A DNA stretch of 64,000 nucleotides from Octopus sinensis (Eukaryota): positions 4,340,001 to 4,404,000 of the forward strand of contig NC_042998.1 of assembly GCF_006345805.1 (NCBI RefSeq), written 5' to 3'. The stretch's first letter is position 1, and every line of letters begins with the position of its first letter. Positions 49,523-63,129 of the stretch are shown one piece after another. The notes under the pieces are model-generated. The model made no database searches, was not told the DNA's origin, and worked only from the letters and a program-made list of their open reading frames with translations. The translations under genes were made by a program, and so were the position numbers.

Positions 49523-52500
49523 TTCAGTAGTTTTATTTTTATAGCGTGCTTTCACTTCACTACCAAGCGCAGCTCTGTGTGCCTTGGGTATGTGCTGTGA
49601 TTTGTTGTGATGCTCTGATCGTTATTGTATGGAAAGTGTTCTGCGTAGGATGTGTGCAGTGCCTAGTAGTGCAATTTTCTGTATGTTATATGTGTTTGTA
49701 AGTCCTGGTGTTTTTGTTATGTATTTGTCTGAATATTTTTTATCATGCCTAATGCACCTACTATGATAGGAATTGTTTCTGTTTTCAGGTTCCACATTCT
49801 AGTTACCTCTATTTCCAGGTCTTTGTATTTTGAGAGTTTCTCCATTTCTTTTAGAGACACGTTGTCATCTGCCGGTATTGATACATCAATTAGAAAGCAT
49901 TTTTTTTCTTCATGATCTCTGACAACTATATCTGGTCTGTTGGCCTTAATTTCTCTATCTGTATGTATCGGCATATCCCAGAGTATGGTTGCTTTCTCGT
50001 TTTCTGTGACCTGTTCTGGTGTGTGCCTATACCATCTTTTTTCTGTTGTTATTCCATAATGTTGGCATAGTTTCCAATGTATTTAGGTTCTAACTCTGTC
50101 ATGTCTGTGAATATATTCCTTCTTAGCCAGGACTGGGCAGCTAGAGATAATATGATTTATTGTTTCTTGTCCATCTCCACATATTCTGCAGTTACTTGTA
50201 ATATTTCTTTTCATTACATGTTTTTGGTAATTTCTGGTGGGGAGGCTTTGGTCTTGTGCTGCAATTAAAAATCCCCCTGTTTCTGCTTTGAGTCCTGAGC
50301 TTCTCAACCATTGCTGGGATTTTTCTTTGTCTATTTCTTTTGCGTTTAGTTTAGTGCAGTATTTACCATGAAGGGGTTTTTCTTGCCATCGTTTTATAAT
50401 GGCTCGTTGCTGTTCTATGTTTAGTTTGGATTTCATTTGTTTTATAGCTTTTGTTGTTTCTTCATCATCTTCTTCTTCTTCTTTGTGTTTATTAGGTGGT
50501 ATGATTTCTTGTTTGTATTTGTCAGCTTCCTTAAATACTGAGAACAGTTTTTTGTTTTGCTCGTGTTTTGCTGCTATCTGGATCAGTTTTCCTTCCTTCT
50601 GGAGTAGGTATTTTTGCAGTCCTATGGTGGTTATTTTATAGTAGTTTTCCAGCTGTATAAGGCCTCTACCACCTTCTATACGTTGTATATATAGTCTTTC
50701 TATGTCAGATTTTGGGTGACAGTATTGATCTAACTGTGTTTAGTATTGATCTAACTCGTCTATAATATTCTTTTTTTATTTTCTCTTTCATTTGTGTGTG
50801 TTGTGTCTTATCTAGTTCATGTATTCCTAAGTATTTGTAAGTTTGGCTTTGGTCTAATTCTTTTATTTCATTGGTTTTATCTAGTGTGATGTTGTTACTC
50901 TTAACTAGTTTTCCTCTTTTCATGGTTACTTTGGCGCATTTTTCTAATCCAAATTTCATATCTATTTCTTTGGTAAATCCATGAACTGTCTTTAATAGTG
51001 TTTCCAGCTGTTTGTCCTTTGCAGCGTCTAGTTTTAGGTCATCCATATATAAAAGGTGGCTGATCGTTTTGCCGTAACATTTATATCTGCATCCAGTTCT
51101 ATTTAGCATATCAGATAGAGGTGACAGTGCCAAGCAGAAAAGGAGTGGAGAGAGCGTGTCTCACTGGAATATGCCTCTTCTAATGGGGATGTCTTTGGTT
51201 TTCATGAGTCCCTCTTTTGTTTGGAGGTGTAGGACTGTTTGCCATTTATTCATAGAGTGCTCTATGAATTTTATGATTGTTGGTGCTACTTTGTTAATGG
51301 CTAGTGTTTCGAGGATCCATGTGTGGGGGATGCTATCAAACGCCTTTTTGTAGTCAATCCAGGCCATACTGAGGCCTTTCTCCTTTCTGTGGCTGTCTTC
51401 AGTTATGGCTTTATTAATCATTAGTTGATCTTTACAGCCATATGAGCCTTTGCGGCATCCTTTCTGCTCTTCTGGGAACAGTTTGTTTTCGTCCAGGTGC
51501 TTGTTCAGCCTTTGCGATATCACTGCAGTAAATGCCTTGAACATAGTAGAGAGGCAGGTTATTGGTCTGTAGTTTTCTGATTTTTCTGTTTCATTTGATT
51601 TGGGAATTAAGATGGTTTTCCCCTTCCTGAGCCAATCAGGCATTGTCTCTGGCTCTGCTAGTACTTTGTTAAAGTTTTCAGCCAGCTTTTTGTGCATTCC
51701 TGTTAGATATTTCAACCAGAAGTTGGGGATCTTGTCATGCCCAGGTGCCTTCCAGTTGCTTAGTCTTTGCAGTGCCTGGGTGACCTCTGCAGTTGTTATG
51801 GGGGTCCAAAGTTGTTCAGATGCCGAGTTTGTTATTCTGATACTCCTTTTTTTTGGTGGTTCGTTCGCCGACCATATTTCTCCCCAGAATTCTTCCAATT
51901 CTTCTGCCGTTGGTGCTGCAGTGACTTCTATTTTATTTTTCCCCAGTTCTTGGTAGAACTTTTTGGGGTTAGAGTTGAACTTTTTGTTTTCTTCAAAGAA
52001 GCGTTGGCGTTTCTTGTACGGCGGATCCTTTGTGCTTTGGCAAGGATATCTTGCTTCAGCTTTTCTTTTATTTCAGGCAAATCTTTCTCTGTGATGTTAT
52101 ATTTGCGGAGTATTTTTGTTCTCTTTTTGTTGCTCAGTAGCGTTGATTGTTTGCTGATTTCATTAAGAATCGACAGGTCTTTTCTAATTTTTTAAATTTT
52201 GTTTTGGATGTTATTTATCCACAGGGTTTGTTTGGGTGGTGGTACTCCTGTTTGGGCGGGTTTGGGTGAGTATCCAGCTTCTTTTGTGGCTGCAGTGGCT
52301 GCTGCGTATATTAGGTTATTTAGCTCAGTGATATCACTTTTTTTTTATTCAGTGGCTATAGGTTCAGTGACGGCTAGGTTTATGCTGTTTATAATTGGTG
52401 TTGTTATTTCGTTTATTTTTGTTCGTGGGAGGTATGGTCGGTGGTCCATTTTGAGCTCTGTGGTTTTCAGTTCTTTGATTATTTTATTTTTTATATTATC

Positions 52501-53352
52501 AGAATCATTAGGCTCCCCTTCGTTGTTTACATCGAGTTTGTTGGGAATGTTGCGTTTGTCTTCGTGTTTTACAGTTTCAGTGTTTATATTATTGGGCATT
52601 GTTGTGTGGCTTCTATCTACATTTTCCTGGTATATGTTTTCCTTTAGGTGTTCTATTTCTATTTCTGATATTTTTTTGGCTTTGAGAATGTATCTTCGTA
52701 CGGTAGCTAATTTATTAGGGTCCATTGCTGTATCCAAGTCTATATCTCTATTATTTTTCTTCCATATTTTATATGTATGTGTTGTTGTATTTTCATTTTT
52801 TGGGTAGAGTACTGCTGTGAAGTATGCGTGTAAGATAGAAATGTATTCCTCACGTGTCCATTTACGTCTTTTGGGTTTTATTTGCGGGACATGAGGTACA
52901 ACGTCCGGCCCATTATTTTGACGGTCGTCATTTTCGTAGGGTACCGGTCCGTTTATTTCTGTTGTCACATTATTTCGCACGTGTAGTTTTTCGTACATTT
53001 TTTGTTGTAAGTTTAATGTACGTACCGCTCGATTGTTATTCTTGGGTTGAATAGTATCGGTGGCATTTAATTTCTTCGTAGTTCCTTTGTACATGGTGTT
53101 TGGGGTCGGAGATGATCGTGATGTTCCACGCATGTTTACATGTGTTGCGTTAGAGGCGGAGATGATATCGAGTCAAAATACATCATTTCGTTTCGAAAAT
53201 AGTAATAAATTTCAATTAGTATTACTTACTCGGATACAGTCCAATTCTTTGTTAGTAAAACTTTGCCTCCATAGGATGTCCTTGTTTTCGATGTTTGTGG
53301 ATAGATTTCGGAGCTCTGAATTTTCCTTCTTACATCTTAAACGTCCCCGGTG
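49523..53352 (-). mobile_element. Near full-length R4/Dong-type non-LTR retrotransposon, family A (inactivated)
   Basis: N-terminal KRRKWTREE domain; RT motifs KAPGHD, EEQKGCR, DYKKAFDS, Q*D, YMDDLK; CRIC..HIISSC knuckle; RPD..D..K RLE; (TAA)n/(GAA)n upstream and (AAT)n tail. Confidence 0.95.
49622..53133 (-). pseudogene. Disrupted RT-RLE ORF of the R4/Dong element
   Basis: Frameshift near 52350, TGA in the QGD motif (51161), deletion with short duplication near 50730, TAA at 50083, -1 frameshift near 49740. Confidence 0.9.
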
Positions 53353-53363
53353 TTCTTCTTCTT

Positions 53364-53443
<80 letters not shown>

Positions 53444-53469
53444 CATTACCATTATAAATATTATTTTCT

Positions 53470-54200
53470 TCTCTTTATCACAAGTTTTTTTTTGAGCACC
53501 TGGAATTTTGCATGCGTAGCGCGCTTACTACCTGCAGCTTACGGTACCATGCTATTCGATATTTTCAGCTATCTAATAGTTTCCTATTATTCTGGCCGTG
53601 CCAAGGAGGCAAAACAGTTCTATTGGGCGCTCTATTCCAGGTTCCTTTATATTCCTCTTGGTGCCTTCTAATTCTGTTCCCAAGGACCCAACGACATTTG
53701 GTACTATCTTCACCTTCTCTATTTTCCATAGCCGGACTATTTCGTACTTTAGAGGGTTGTATCTACTTATGTTTTCGCCTTCCTTCTTGACTGTTCGTGG
53801 GTCAAAGTGGCATGCAACATCAAATATATAAGAACAATGACGAGATTAATTGTAATGTTTTCCAACTCAGGATTAATGAGCTTTCCCTCAAAGACAACGT
53901 AAATTGAGTTATGTACACACTGTAGCTATTACAGTTGTCGAATGCTTACATCTGTCACATTTTTACCTGACATTGAAGACTATGCTTTTCTAGACTTTTG
54001 TGGAAGATATTTCGGTTTGGGATTTGGTTTGCAAGATTCTTTACGTTAGTTCGTGTGTTGAAGCATATTCTGTTGTGTCTGGAGAGAGTCATTTTCTTTT
54101 TGTGCCTTATGATTTAACACACTCACCGGTAAAATTTCCACTCATTTCTTATTTTTATTTTCCTAAAATTTTCGTTGCGTCTTGCAACCTTTTCAATATG
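53470..54200 (-). mobile_element. Older R4/Dong family D 3' portion
   Basis: PLKYEIVRLWKIEKVKIVPNVVGSLG..CLLGTARII; degraded upstream. Confidence 0.7.
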
Positions 54201-54544
54201 TTTCCTATTTCATTTGGTGCCAAATCTCTTTCAACATGCTTCTGTATGCATAGGATAAAACACACAGTTATATAGTCTAGCCGATACAGCTTCAGACTTT
54301 GTTCGACCATGAATAGATACGGGTGTTGATTTTTAAGTCTTCATTAAAGTACGCACTTTTATTAACGTTGTCATCGTTTTCACCGCGCATTAATATATTT
54401 GCTCCAGATGATGCCAATGCTTTTATCTTCCATTTTCCCTAACTTTATATATAAAATTCAAGTATGTAATATTCTTTTATCTTGGATTGAGTGGTGCGAT
54501 TTTGTATCGACTGATATTTTTATGTGATAGGAAGAAGATACTTG

Positions 54545-54672
54545 CCATTATAGGCACAAGGCTTGAAATTTTGGGGCTGTGGTCTAGCCGATTACATCAT
54601 CCCAGTACTTGACCAGTTCTTATTTTATCTATCCCAAAGGATGAAAAACTACGAAGTCGCTCTCGGCGGAAT
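54545..54672 (-). mobile_element. Nin/Deu-like SINE 3' portion (tail-1)
   Basis: GGCACAAGGCTTGAAATTTTGGGG..CGATTACATC..CCCAGTAC..GGATGAAA. Confidence 0.75.
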
Positions 54673-54884
54673 AACTTGTTTATAAATATCAAATAGAGTT
54701 CTCACACGCCCCACGTCCCCCAGTATTTCTATTAAAGGTCTACCGGTGTTCTTACTTTCCTTCCGATTCCTGCAATTTATTCTTAACTAATTCTTCCTTT
54801 TCTTCCAATCCTTCCTTCATTCAATCCATCTTTTCACCTTTTTTGGTACATTTACTTCTCTCTCTTATCCAAATTATCATTAGT

Positions 54885-54931
54885 AGTAATATTATTATGA
54901 TTATTATTTTTATTATTATTATTATTATTAT

Positions 54932-54976
<45 letters not shown>

Positions 54977-54997
54977 CAGCAGCAGCAGCAGTACTAC

Positions 54998-55070
<73 letters not shown>

Positions 55071-55165
55071 TGTAGTAGTAATAGTAGTTGTAGTTATGGT
55101 GGTGTTGGTGCTGGTGGTATTAATAGTAGAAGTGGCAACAGTAATAGTAGTAGTAGTAGTAGTAT
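54885..55165. repeat. (TTA)/(GTA)/(GCA)/(GGT) compound microsatellite
   Basis: Visible. Confidence 0.95.
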
Positions 55166-55799
55166 TTGTAAAGTTAGAATAATGAGAAGTAGGAGGGGAA
55201 AAATGAGAAGGGAGAGAAGTTTTAACTTTTCATATTTACATCATTATCATTAATACGCTCACATCAAGGCAGAGGGGGCTTATACATTTCTATGTCCTAC
55301 AATACGATATACACATATACATTCCCTTACGGGATTCACATTTCAGTTATTAATGAGCAGAATTGTAGATACGAAATTTTATATATAATTAAACTATTTT
55401 AGTTCTGCTACCGGACTCTGCAAATAAACAAATAAATAAATAAATAAATGAAAATGTCTACAAAAAAATGGTTTTGCGTGTGTGAAAGATGTAAACAATC
55501 TTAATCAACGATGCTTAATAAAACACAAAAATATAGCAGTAAACAAAAAAAAAACTAACAAATTATGTCCATAACGTTTGGTTTCCTACATGATAAAAGA
55601 AGTGATAAAAATATTTTCCGAAAAATATTGCTAACAAGTCATTTACGACTAAGTATTAAACCAATAAATAACTACACTATAGATCCCCTGTCGCTTTAGC
55701 GAAAACATTTTCAAGATTTTCAGTAAAATAATTATAAGCGAATGTTCATTGAAAATAGTTATTTGTCTATATAGAAAGGAAATAATAACAGACAATGAA

Positions 55800-56139
55800 A
55801 GTATGAGTGTTTATGGATGTGTATGTATGTATGTATGTATGTATATTCATATATATATATGTGTGTGTGTGTGTGTGTATATATATATGTGTATATCAAT
55901 GCATCTATGTATATGTATATATGTATACAGATATATGTATGTGTGTGAATATATATATAAATATTTATATATATATATACACACACATTTATAGATAACT
56001 TACGTAATTAATATGAGTGTAAAAATATATGTGCGCGTACACATGTGTGTGTGTGTGTATATATGTGTGTATATATATGTGTATATCAATGTATCTATGT
56101 ATGTATATGTATATATGTATACAGATATATGTATGTGTG

Positions 56140-56178
<39 letters not shown>

Positions 56179-56501
56179 TTATAGATAATTTATGTAATTA
56201 ATATGAGTGTAAAAATATGTGCCCGTACACACGTGTGTGTGTGTATATATATGTGTATACATATATATATGTATGTATCTATGTATGTATATGTATATAT
56301 GTATACAGATATATGTATGTGTGTGAATATATATATATATATATATATATACACATTTATAGATAATTTATGTAATTAATATGAGTGTAAAAATATGTGC
56401 CCGTACACACGTGTGTGTGTGTATATATATGTGTATACATATATATATGTATGTATCTATGTATGTATATGTATATATGTATACAGATATATGTATGTGT
56501 G

Positions 56502-56540
<39 letters not shown>

Positions 56541-56770
56541 TTATAGATAATTTATGTAATTAATATGAGTGTAAAAATATGTGCCCGTACACACGTGTGT
56601 GTGTGTGTATATATATGTGTATACATATATATATGTATGTATCTATGTATGTATATGTATATATGTATACAGATATATGTATGTGTGTGGATTTGTCTAT
56701 ATATATATTTATAGATAACTTATGTAATTAATATATGTGTGTAAAAACATAAGTGCGTGTACACACGTGT
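55800..56770. repeat. Minisatellite, ~5 units of 168-190 bp built from (TA)/(TG) tracts
   Basis: Anchor ATAGATAA(C/T)TTA(C/T)GTAATTAATAT at 55991, 56181, 56359, 56543, 56711. Confidence 0.9.
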
Positions 56771-57004
56771 GTGTGCACTTGTGCATGTATAGACACTCGC
56801 AATCGTATATAGAAATACATACGGTGGAAATGAATTTGACAAATTGTAGCCCGACGCGTAGATGTTACCCTTGTATAGGCTTAAGATTTTCTTTCTTTTT
56901 CCAATAATTGTATGTGAGAAAAAACAAATTGCACATGCACACAAACATTTACACACACACAAGCACGCCCGGCCGCACAGACACACACAGGTAATATATA
57001 AGTA

Positions 57005-57995
<991 letters not shown>

Positions 57996-58638
57996 TCGAC
58001 TTCACTTTTTCACCTTCCAGCGTTGGTAAAAGAAGTATTAGTCATGTACTTGAGCGGATGTATTTGACTTATCCTATCCTCCCAAAATTGCTGGCCTTGA
58101 TACTAAATCTGAAGAAATTATTCTCTTGGTACATAAGTGCAATGTTAACAAGATATCACCGTAAAACGGTAGAGGATTGCTGACATTGAAATGTATTCTA
58201 ATCTTTAAATAAAAACCCTCCAATTTATCATAACTACACAAAGAATTTATGACTGCATATTTTAGTTTCATATTCCTAACAATTATGAATTCATCATAAT
58301 AAGTTATTAACGATTTTGGACTGATGAATTGATGTCAAACGGAACTTCTCAACAAAAGATTACAGAATCTCACATGCACTTTTATATATATATATTCATT
58401 CAAATAGGCAACTCATTCATTTTACAGTTGGCACCTTAAGGATTGTTGATATTCAGCATGAAGTATTGCTATCATTATGTGACAGAGCGTTCTCATTTTC
58501 ATCACAACTTACGACAGTGTAATTTGAACGATGAACACACTTTCTGCTTCGTGGCTAACCACAATTATAAGACGCAATAAAGACGCACTGCTTTTAATTT
58601 AGCTTTATTATTGATATTGTTTTATTATTATTATTATT

Positions 58639-58664
58639 GAGTGAGAGAGCAGTGCAAGCCATCA

Positions 58665-58666
<2 letters not shown>
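58639..58666 (-). mobile_element. 28-bp 3'-terminal remnant of the 555-bp element
   Basis: GAGTGAGAGAGCAGTGCAAGCCATCAAA between (TTA)n and (AAT)n. Confidence 0.8.
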
Positions 58667-58737
<71 letters not shown>

Positions 58738-58738
58738 T

Positions 58739-59154
58739 AGACCAGATATAGTTGTCAGAGATCATGAAGAAAAAAAATGCTTTCTAATTGATGTATCAAT
58801 ACCGGCAGATGACAACGTGTCTCTAAAAGAAATGGAGAAACTCTCAAAATACAAAGACCTGGAAATAGAGGTAACTAGAATGTGGAACCTGAAAACAGAA
58901 ACAATTCCTATCATAGTAGGTGCATTAGGCATGATAAAAAAATATTCACACAAATACATAACAAAAACACCAGGACTTACAAACACATATAACATACAGA
59001 AAATTGCACTACTAGGCACTGCACACATCCTACGCAGAACACTTTCCATACAATAACCATCATAGCATCACAACAAATCACAGCACATACCCAAGGCACA
59101 CAGAACTGCGCTTGGTAGTGAAGTGAAAGCACGCTATAAAAATAAAACTACTGA
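58739..59154 (+). mobile_element. 5'-truncated R4/Dong family A copy
   Basis: Near-identical to 2013-2423 and to the 3' end of 49523-53352; (AAT)n on both sides. Confidence 0.93.
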
Positions 59155-59210
59155 ATAATAATAATAATAATATAATAATAATATAATAATAATAATAAAT
59201 AATAATAATA

Positions 59211-59241
<31 letters not shown>

Positions 59242-59888
59242 ATAATAATAATAATAATAATTATTATTATTATTATCATTCTTCTACTTCTTCTTCTTCT
59301 CTACTTCTTCTTCTTCTTCTTCTTCTTATTATTATTATTATGATGATGATGATTATAATCATCATCATCATCATCCTCATCATCATCAGTAACACATTTT
59401 CTATTTTTCCATTTTATTTTTTGATTTTTAGTTTTCCAAATAATATTTCCGGGTATACTTTGTCGTCGTCGTTGATAATTCATCACATTATAAACCTGGA
59501 TTACTGCAAATACTTTTACACCCACTTCATTGTGATGTTTACACAGCGCAATCCTGATATGAAAATCAATGAAATTACATTTTACTCGAGGTTTTTCTTC
59601 AAATTATTCAACATACGTAATGCTCCATAAGAGGTATTTCTTAAAAATAAAGCTTCTGTATTTGACTCATTAGTAAGTTGCGTGGTTTCCAGCGATTTCA
59701 ATATATGGGATATTATTCATCTTGCAAAGAATTTAACTAGTTTCTCTTATGCTGTCTTGTCTGAAGGCATATGACAATCTTCAGTATTAAAGCATATCGT
59801 TTGATTTCTCATTAGACTCTTCACTGAGAGCAAGTTAGTATTAGTGCATATGTACGTGCGTGTATACATACATACATACACATATATA

Positions 59889-59955
<67 letters not shown>

Positions 59956-60500
59956 TATATACACTTATATGTATAAGTGTGTGTAATATGCATGTACATA
60001 CTTGTATACACACACACAATTGCTTATAAATCACATACAATTATTAAAGTCGGAAACTGATTATCGGCAAGAATGTGACATTTACTTTTGAGGTATTCAA
60101 AATTAGTGAGACAATAATCAACTTATTTAGGTTTAATAAGTAAATATATGCTACACTAACTGTACTGTAACCTGTCATTGATTTCGTTCTCCAGGACTAC
60201 TTTTAAACAGTAAAAGCGAAATGCGCTGAAAAGTATCAAATTACTTCTGCACGTGAAGTGAATACATTAACTCCAATTTAAAATTATTGCTTGTAGTGCG
60301 GGCTGATGTTGCGCAACCATAACTGATGACGTTACGATATCCAGGAATTACTGCAATCATAGTTTAATAAGAATCATCCTCTCACCTTCAGTGCAATGTA
60401 CAACGTCAGGTGTAACCCTGATGGGTGTGAAGGTATACAACAAAAACATACACTTATATCTTCTACTTCGCTGGTTGTTAAAAAGTTTTGTTCCGGAATA

Positions 60501-60760
60501 ATAAATAATAAATGTGCCCTTTTAAAGCCTAGCCAGGCTCAGGGACCCAGTTTCCCGGTTTCTATGGCGTATGTGTTCCCTAGCTGGACGGGACGCCAGT
60601 TCATCGCAGCGTTACTCATTTTTGCCAGCTGAGTGAACTGGAGCAACGTGAAATGAAGTGTTTTGCTCAAGAACACAACGCGTCACCCGGTCCAGGAATC
60701 GAAACCACAATGTTGCGATCATGATGCTGACACCCTAACCACTAAGCCACGCGCCTCCAC
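60501..60760 (-). mobile_element. tRNA-derived SINE (third family) with 15-bp TSD
   Basis: A box TGGCTTAGTGG, B-box-like GTTTCGATTCC; TTTTG(T/C)TCCGGAATA at 60486-60500 and 60761-60775. Confidence 0.92.
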
Positions 60761-61383
60761 TTTTGCTCCGGAATAGTTTCTTTTAAATGTCTTCTTGTTT
60801 ATAAGTCCTGTATTATTTGAGTGTAAGCTGTACATTAATAAGCATTTTAATTATTAGATTGGATTTTATTTATTAATGTTACAATTTGAACTGTATTTAA
60901 AACAAACAATAAACGTATATATTTTGCAAATACTCACATTTATGTTTGTTGCATATTGCCTCATTCATTGTAAACTATAAATATTTGTTTTAATACAGAT
61001 ATTTTACTTTGGCCCGTTAGCTAGGCATAAAATTCATACTGCTTTCTATGTCGGAAATTTTTACGTCTGGGTATTGCTTATTTTGTGGGAATTCAGTTCA
61101 AAATTTACTGATTTATCGAACAGCATATAGAAATTCTTTTTAATGTGAAACGTCATATTCCTCTGGCAAAAACATGTTTTAGTATGTCTGAGCTGGAATC
61201 AGTGTTTATATTCCGCCTTGATGTAAAACATTCTTTCTCCCTATTCTTTCACTCTATTTTTTTTTACTTCTATCAACCATTGCACGGCAGCATTACTAGT
61301 ATACCACCTTAAATTGATTTCGGTCGAATAAATTGCGCCCAATACTTATTTTGAGTTTGGCAATTATACGGTCGGTCTTGAAA

Positions 61384-61877
61384 TCTTTATATATAAAAGT
61401 GAGGTTGTGTGCTGTCTGTCTCCTACGATTTAGATTCCTAACTACTCCCACATTTTGCGGTGCAGTTTAACCAAAACCGGGTATCTTATAGTCGTGATTC
61501 ATATCGAGCCCTTCTGGGTATTAGCGCGCGTCTACGATGAGTCTACGATTAAAAAAAATATTTACCATCATTTTTTTCATTTTAATGCATTTTTTCGCTT
61601 TTATATAAGGGAAGTAACTCTTTAAAAATGTCTACGATAAGTCTACGATTTAAAAAAAATTACCATCATTTTTTCCATTTTAATGCATTTTTTCGCTATT
61701 AAGGGAAGTAACTCTCTAATAATGTCTACGATGAGTCAACAATTCAAAAAAAAATTTACCATCATTTTCTTTCCATTTTTAATGCATTTTTTTGCTATTT
61801 TCTGGCTATAACTCTCTAAAAATGCTTATATAGTTATTTCCCTTACAAACCCGAGCAACGCCGGGCGATACTGCTAG
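61384..61877 (+). mobile_element. Non-autonomous Helitron with three ~95-100-bp internal repeats
   Basis: A|TC 5' end, CCCG-AGCAACGC-CGGG hairpin, CTAG|T 3' end; repeats start at 61530, 61630, 61724. Confidence 0.85.
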
Positions 61878-62983
61878 TGCTAATATACGAGGATATTAAT
61901 ATCTATACCGGTTGTAAACTGGTAAATGATGAGAACAAATTCACACTCGTAGAAATACACGTATACAATTTTTCCGCTTTGTAAGAATAATTTACCCAGT
62001 ATTTCTGCTGTTCTAACGGCATTTCTGCGTTCGAGAAAATATCATCGAACTTGTATATATATATCCTTCAATCAAATGACAGGTCACTTTTAGGAAACTT
62101 ACTAACAAATAATTTCATTGGTCATTTAATTTAGATTAGTTTTTCAACTTGCTATTAGTGTACCATTTACTCATGTCCTCTCAAAAACACAAACCAACTT
62201 GAAGGTAATAGGACCTGAAGATTATCTAAGGAGGTTTTATGTATGTTGTGACGTATGTAACAACCAGTGTTTTAACTATGAAACATTTGTAGACTTTATT
62301 TTTTTCTATTCCTTATATTCTCAGATTTTCACTCTCAATTAAAGAAACGTTAGTTGCTAAACCATGTGTTGTATACTGACATGTTTTTGTATTAATTTAA
62401 TTTAATTGATAATATTTTGTTTATGTATTTAATCATATAATTCCATATATTTATCTATCTATTGTTTCATATTAATATTATTTTATGGGGATCTTATTCT
62501 GTCATACATAGGTGGTTGTGTGTGAGTGTATGTGTTAGTGTTCCATTCTAGTTTCTATTTAGGCTACATTTATCTTCTCTTATGTGTGTACCTTCCGTAA
62601 TTTGTCAAAGCGTAGCGTCCGTTCTATCTGTGGACAAGAAATTAACTTCCGTTGTTGAATGAGCCCCCGTGTTCCCGCTCGACGCATTGGTGTAGAACTG
62701 ATGAGCTCTTTTCTTCCTCAATGAAATTAATACAAAAGAAGAAATGAAAAAGTAAGTAGATAATACCAAATAAATAAAATATATTAAATTAAGTTAAATG
62801 AACGTGAATAAACAGGAGATGGTGATCATGCAAGCACCATACTCACTCCCCCCCCCACATACACACTTGCTCATCATTGACACACAGAGGGATATAAGCA
62901 TGAGCAAGTAAACACACATACAACAGGAATACAAATGGTACATCGTTAGGAAGGAGAGACACAAAAAGAAAGAAGAAAGTAAA

Positions 62984-63028
62984 GGACCACTGATGAGGTC
63001 ACAGAAGTGTGACGAAAGAACTCTGGCC
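62984..63028 (+). ncRNA. Minimal type-I hammerhead ribozyme motif
   Basis: ggacca CUGAUGA g gucac-agaagu-gugac GAAA g aa CUC uggcc; AATAAA ~20 nt downstream, (TA)n at 63130. Confidence 0.65.
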
Positions 63029-63123
63029 GAAATACTATTAATATGAAATAAAGGTGAAGTGAATACCGAATATAGAGTGCGTGTGTTTTCATTGGCTAAA
63101 GTGGCAACGTGACCATCCCCAAT

Positions 63124-63129
<6 letters not shown>

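Noticed and set aside
53135-53352. HDV-like ribozyme expected in the R4 5'UTR
   Set aside because: I could not build the nested P1/P2/P3/P1.1 pseudoknot by eye; needs a descriptor search.
52199-53671. Plus-strand ORFs of about 200 aa overlapping the R4 element
   Set aside because: Antisense shadows of an A-rich coding strand and a microsatellite.
55800-56770. CRISPR-like repeat/spacer pattern
   Set aside because: Eukaryotic minisatellite: the spacers are near-identical low-complexity sequence and there are no cas genes.
59440-59570. Possible minus-strand exon (CKHHNEVG.., Ig-like spacing)
   Set aside because: Several competing weak donors and no upstream Y-x-C context; likely chance.
59745-59790. 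CTGAAGA-TTGTC..GACAA-GACA resembling the 43382 hammerhead
   Set aside because: GAAA is replaced by GACA and there is no stem I or III pairing; at best a relic.
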